Positions 57,161 through 64,000 of a stretch of DNA of 64,000 nt are shown here, in pieces (position 1 is the stretch's first letter; every line of letters begins with the position of its first letter). The stretch is from Eledone cirrhosa. Lineage: Eukaryota. Under the pieces are notes generated by a model that had not been told where the DNA came from, made no database searches, and saw only the letters and a list, made by a program, of their open reading frames with translations. Made by a program: the position numbers and the translations under genes. The DNA lies in NCBI GenBank assembly GCA_964016885.1, contig OZ024745.1, positions 105,710,001-105,774,000 on the forward strand, given 5' to 3'.

Positions 57161-57841
57161 GTATATATATATATATGTATGTAAATATATATATATATAT
57201 ATACACACTGGATTGAACATTTGTGTAGATCACCCATTCCGCTTCATCCATTTATGTATGCACTCACACGAGTGTGTGTGTATATATGCATCTACTCATC
57301 TGATCACCACATCACCACATACACGTACTTACATATATATATATATATATATAGGGATGTTTGTGCATTTGCTTGTATTTAATCGTGTATGTCTATGTAT
57401 GTGAGAATATGTGTAGGCCTATTTGCATATATGTATATATGTATTCATTCGTGTATGCATTAATGTATTTGTTTAGTTATCTATATCTTCATCTCAAGTC
57501 AGGCCACACCATAGGTTTGACTGATTCAAATTCAATCGGTATCTCTATCTTCTTCCTTTTTATCAGGTCTCTTTCTTATTTTGTTCATTTGTTTTTACTT
57601 GTTGATTTTCTTTCTTTAGTGTTTGAATCATTTTGATTTTGTTTTTAATTTATTCCCCTTTATTTCCGATCACTTCTGTGGCGTATAGAGTGATGAGTCA
57701 TAGATAGATAAGGTCAAATATATATATATATTTATGTATATATATATATCTGTATCTATATATATGTATATCTATATATACATGTATATATATATACATA
57801 TATACATATATATATATATAAATATATATGTATATATATAT

Positions 57842-57933
<92 letters not shown>

Positions 57934-57951
57934 ATATATATATATACATAT

Positions 57952-58007
<56 letters not shown>

Positions 58008-58010
58008 TTA

Positions 58011-58166
58011 ATATAGAAATGGCTTTTCCAGGAACAAAACTGTTTCATTCGAAGGAAACAGTTCTAGTTTTGTAGAAGCCATTTCTATATCACATTTGAT
58101 GTTTACACTCTACTAATGTATTGAGTACCTTACTCTGATTACACCCGCTTGAACTCTGGACTCAGG
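58011..58166 (+). mobile_element. Fold-back element related to 35081-35253
   Basis: Imperfect palindrome centred at about 58050 (gtttcattc/gaaggaaac). Shares AATGTATTGAGTACCTTACT. Confidence 0.6.
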
Positions 58167-58289
58167 TATACATATATATATATATATGGGGGGGGGGGGT
58201 ATATCTGATAAAAAATAAATGACATGTCACAAGTTTACAAAAGCATATCATTTCTACACACTCACAGACACACACACACACACATACAT

Positions 58290-58333
<44 letters not shown>

Positions 58334-61300
58334 CTTTGATAACTTTGATAGGTTTTTACCAGTATTGGCCCAGGCCATGTCTAACTTAATACCACCACAT
58401 GGCAATATATATATATATATGAATTAAGGGTTATATTCCCCTCAATACTAATTTACAGGGTTCAATATATACTCCTTTTAGTACTAACATGACATTCTGT
58501 TTTATATTATAGTTATTATTTCATGCAATGGCAGACAAGTTCCATTGTTCCACTTGAAACTGTTGTGTCGTACGATATGAATGGAGACAATCAGTTGTAT
58601 TATTATGATGTCGTGTGGAAATTTAGAACATGTGGTGCTTATTGAATGTTGGTGTTCGTGTGATTTTTGTTTCTGCGTGCCTCATTTTGTGTTTAAAAGA
58701 GCAGGATATATAACAGAGAGTCACTTGATTGCCAAAATACATTCATTCGTGTTTATGTTGAGAGTTCAAAGTCAGTCGAGGCTGACGTTTATTATTCCGG
58801 GATAAAAACATATATTAAGTACTGGTGTTAATATATTCGTTATGCTGGTGTCGATGCCGACCTTCGTCAATCTCAATGGGTATCATGGCGTGTTGATAGA
58901 TACATCTAATCACCGACATATCAAGGAAATAATTATATCTATTTTCACAAAGACACAAATTGAGAAATAGTAATAATAGACTACTAGGTAAAACGATATC
59001 GATTGTTAGTCATTAGTTTTCAAAGGTTATTTCGTAAATTTTATGACGCATATCAATAATGGAAAGCTCTTTTCAGATAAAGATTTACTGAAAATTAGCA
59101 AATATTTCTTTCTTCCATTTGTTAAGAAGAATGTATCATGTGACGATTATACGATGTCAGGTTTGGTCCATATCAGGATCTCTTGAGGAGTTTAATTTGA
59201 AATGGTTCCTTGTCTTTCACGTCAAGTCTATGAGATGGTTTCATGTATATATTGCATGCAAGATCATAAAACAATAGTTTGTTAAAGTATGCCACCAATA
59301 TAAATACAATGCAAGTCAATGCCTTTACACAGTATTGATTTACACCATATCAGTATAATTAACTATATTGGTTTCTTTCCTACGCACAAATGTGTTTATT
59401 TAAAGAAAGATTGTCAGCTGGTCAATTAAACCCTATGTAATTACTTGGTAGAAATGGATAGATGGCAAGGCGGAGTCGGTGTAATTTGAATATAGCGCTT
59501 GAAGTATCATTATAAAATACAGCAGGTTTCTATTAAAACACTCACTCGTTTTCCTTCTCTTTCTGTGTCGATGTATATAGCCCTTTGAATTAACATGTAA
59601 TATGCTTTTTTTAATTATCCAGCCATTTTTGATCCAGTAGCTATGTTGGTTTAAAGATTAATTGTTGACACTGGAAAAATACCGGTTGGACAAGATATTC
59701 CTGTGGTTGGGGTAATAGACTTTGCCATTAGAAACTACGTTGAAATTGGGTACAAAATGCGAAGAGCCGATACATAGCAAAGACATATCGTCCGATGTTC
59801 TAACTTCATACATTGTCCTCCGCCGTAAACAAAACTAATTACTTCAAATATTTAGTCCAGGGCGGCGAATTGACAATCATTAGAACGTTGGATAGAATGC
59901 TTTGCAATATTTGTTCCGACACTCTAATCCCGCCGAGGTTAACTTTGCCTTTCAACAATTTAAAGTTGATAAAAAATTACCAGTCTAATACTGAGGGAGA
60001 TTTTCCCCTCTATATATCTTTCTCACTTCTTTTCTCTTACTGCTGTATTCAGACATGGAGAGGAGATAGGCTGCACCAGGGTTTAAAATGCCATAAACAC
60101 ACTGTAAGTCAATATGACACCCCTACGATTCCCTCGGGAGTTACGGGTCCATACATACATTTGATTCAGACTTATACAGTTTCTGTCATTCCATCAGTGT
60201 TTTCTATCTATCAGCCGGGGTTGCCACTACATAATCGTTTGACCTACAAAAATAGCAGCCAAATCCCAATTATTACACATCCAATTGACGTTTTAAAAGG
60301 GTATACGGGTGTTCCCTACACGTAGATAAAAATATGGTCACGGCTGGAACTCCTTTGCATTTAGGTCTGCTCCATCGGAGTTGGCCTAGAACTATACAAC
60401 AGTGAAAGTCCCAGAGGCACATCGCCGTACTATTAGTGAACAACACATATAGTCCATTAAGTCTATTCCATAACTTGGTTGATTCTTGTTTCATGATGGA
60501 TTTTCTGTTAGTTTCAACGATGAGCATTCAATTGTTCGATCATGTAAATATGCGTTCTACTGATTATATAATCGATTAAAATCCTAAATATTCCATGAAA
60601 ATTTGTACACTTAGCATAAATCTCATGTAGGAGCAACGTGACACAATATGATTAAGTTCTACCTTGGAATTCATGCATTGGAATTCCATACACTTTCCGT
60701 GTAACAATTTCATACTTAAGCTTAAAGCGACCCAATTTTATGATAAAAGACACCTATCCACGATGCCACATAGTAAGATCAAATCCAGGTCCCATTGATA
60801 GATAGGGAAATATCTAAACCAATCAGCACCTAATACAATAAACCATGAGTATAACAGTTTAAAGACAATACTGAATACGAATAGACAGTTTTCTAGAGTT
60901 ACTGTCGTATAATTGTCTTTTACTTTTGTTTTATTTATAATTACTTTTGGTTGTATGCTTCGCATTTAGTTTTTGAGTGTAGGATTTCGCGTCTGTTTTT
61001 ATGGAGCAAATTATCGATATAAATATTTCAAAACTTCAATGACATTGCTAAATGAGAGACGCAAAAAATACTTAGATTAGGAGATAAACAAATTGTAAAT
61101 TCAAAATATAATTTGTAGAATGCTTCAACACAAGTATCTCACAAATTATATTTAGAAAGTGAAATTGTATTGGCTATGAATAATTTCGTTAGTCTATTTT
61201 GATATGATTATTTTAGACACGTAGATATATGGCCTCGTATGTTACGCTCAAAAGCAACGAGGATTTATAATAAAGGAACCTGAGAGAATTTTCAAGTTAC

Positions 61301-61454
61301 ATACTTATGCATACAAAAACACATGTACAGCGTGTATATTTGCTGTTTGCATACGGTTATGATTATACGCAAATTTCTCTATATACCTGTTGTATGCTTA
61401 CACAAATACACACTCAGGCAGATATATATACTTGCACGCACGCACGCGCACGCG

Positions 61455-61539
<85 letters not shown>

Positions 61540-62409
61540 ACACACACACACGCACGTACACACACACACGCATATATATTATACAGTTATTTCCACGATA
61601 CTTGACGGGTATAAAATATTTCGGTTGCGAATTTATTTGTATTATGAAATATGCATGCTGCTTCTGATGAATATATCAACAAGGATCGACAATTTTTAAT
61701 GAGGGCTCATATATTCTAAACCATTCATGCGATTTCTTTGAAATTTTTTACAGAGCTTCTCCTTGCACAAAACCTGTACATGATCTAGAAAGGTTTTCAA
61801 AAATCGATATTGGGGCCTTTGGAGATATTAAAAAAGTTTTGTGTATTTGTGTCAATTTTCGTGATTAAGTAAGACAAGAGTTATCTTTCGTCAATACAAT
61901 AAGAACTCATTTTTGATGACGTTGGCTGTTCTTGAGTTGGTAATCCTGACAACCTATTTATTTATGCTCCTGACGGGAAAACCAAAAATGTTGTGTATAA
62001 ATCTGCTCTTCAATAATCCAAAGACAATGAGCCCTCCCACCCAACATCCACCTCTTTTTATAACGATTTACTCATACATCAGTCCCCCCCCCCCCCACTG
62101 TTATGTCCAATCTGTATTGTTATTCCAACCTATGTACATAATAGTGTCTATTATTCACTTCACTTCTCTATTTCATGATGTGCTTTTACTGTTGTCAAAA
62201 ATATTTATACCTAGACTGGATTTCTGTTGTTACATGGGATAACGGATGACACCGAGCTCACATATTAATTATTTCGCTGGAATAGTGCCTAAGGTTTTCA
62301 TGTTTACATAAAGTACGTTTTTCTTCTATGTATTTAAATTTACTTGGTTTAGTTTAATGAGCTACATCGAAAGGTACTTGAACCGTTCAAAGGACGGGTA
62401 CTTTAGCTA

Positions 62410-62445
<36 letters not shown>

Positions 62446-62446
62446 G

Positions 62447-62810
<364 letters not shown>

Positions 62811-62815
62811 TATAT

Positions 62816-62891
<76 letters not shown>

Positions 62892-62920
62892 TTACATATA
62901 TACATATATATATATATATA

Positions 62921-63500
62921 CTAGCAGGGGTGCTCGGCAATACCCAGGTTTATTGCGCAAGTAACAATATATTTTGGCACATACTACAAAGTATTGGCCC
63001 ATAAATTAGTATCACTGTTTATGTTCACTGAAGTGGGAAATACAAGAGAATGTCCAACGCAAGGCACCAAGATAAACTGTTATTTATTTTGTCAATGTTG
63101 TTGCTTGCCAAATGCGTGAGAAGTGGTAGACCATCTATTAAATGGCAGCAGATCCTGACTTTTAATAAGATCAACATAAGCAAACATCTAATGTTCTTCC
63201 AGCTTCAAAAGATGTCATTTGAAAGGCAGATTTTTTTTATATCTCTTGAAATGTGGTGCTTCTGGATTATTCTGGAAGGGCAGGTTCCTGAGAAATTCAT
63301 GAGGCTTTTTTTTTTATTGTAGGGAGATAAAAGTGAGCAGCAGAGACTGTTTGGCACCACAATGGTCACAACATTTGTTCATTTTCCTTATGATTTGCGG
63401 ATAGCTGCTGTAGTCGTTTGGGGGATCACGCAAGAAGGACCAATTCACTCATTCTTATTTTATATGGCTTGTGCTTCTGCTTGTACTGTAGAACAGCGTA
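62921..63500 (-). mobile_element. Internally deleted Helitron remnant
   Basis: 3' hairpin CCTGGGTATTGCCGAGC + CTAG|T at 62921. Upstream decayed peptides KMNKCCDHCGAK and FQMTSFEAG resemble the RepHel N-terminal region. Confidence 0.6.
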
Positions 63501-64000
63501 CTTAATAATCATGTCCCCTATTTTGCTGGAGTTTCTCAGTTTGTTGTTCTCACTCAACAATAATCATGTATCTATTTTGATCTAAACACTAATGTCTGTC
63601 TACTACTAATTCATGTGTTCGCGTTAAAGTATTTTGCTTCCTGTTAACAGCTAGATGTGTCTGTCGAACATCTTCATTCTCTTTATGTCACTGTGCTTTC
63701 AGCTTCCAGGACCTTCCTTGTAATAATCTATAATATTTCGGAGGCAGTGTAAGTTATATTACACATTACACTTGTTCCAACATAGAAACTATTATAAAAT
63801 ATATTGGAGGTTCACTCAGTAATGTTTTTGCAACAAAGTATTTATCAGAATACACATTATGCATACGCAATCTTCCATTTTGTAAATGCGTGCTTATCTT
63901 CTCACTCTAACACATTTCCACTTAATTTAAAAAATCTCATTAAAGATTTTCTCTCTTCTTTTTCTCCCTCTTTCATTAATATGTATCTATCACTTATTCT

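Overview
AT-rich, microsatellite-dense animal DNA. The SINE families and (TA)n/(CA)n/(CT)n load resemble an octopus genome; this is inferred from repeat content only. No intact host protein-coding gene is supported, and nearly all listed ORFs are translated microsatellites. Recognisable elements are Helitron remnants, RTE-type LINE fragments, an R4/Dong-like RLE fragment, a possible L1/Tx1-like 3' end, tRNA-derived SINEs and a decayed Penelope-like element (PLE) with RT thumb and GIY-YIG. The main signal is a dense set of short non-coding elements inserted in (TA)n tracts. They carry type I hammerhead ribozyme (HHR) motifs: about 19 well-formed copies from about 10 distinct families, plus degenerate or halved ones, all folded by eye. 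They share a 'tandem direct repeat + inverted copy, 3' ends outward' layout. The clearest case is a near-identical 310-bp x6 array plus an inverted 1.25 copy (7424-9716) with one HHR per unit, i.e. a retrozyme-like, probably circular-RNA-derived retroelement likely mobilised by PLEs.
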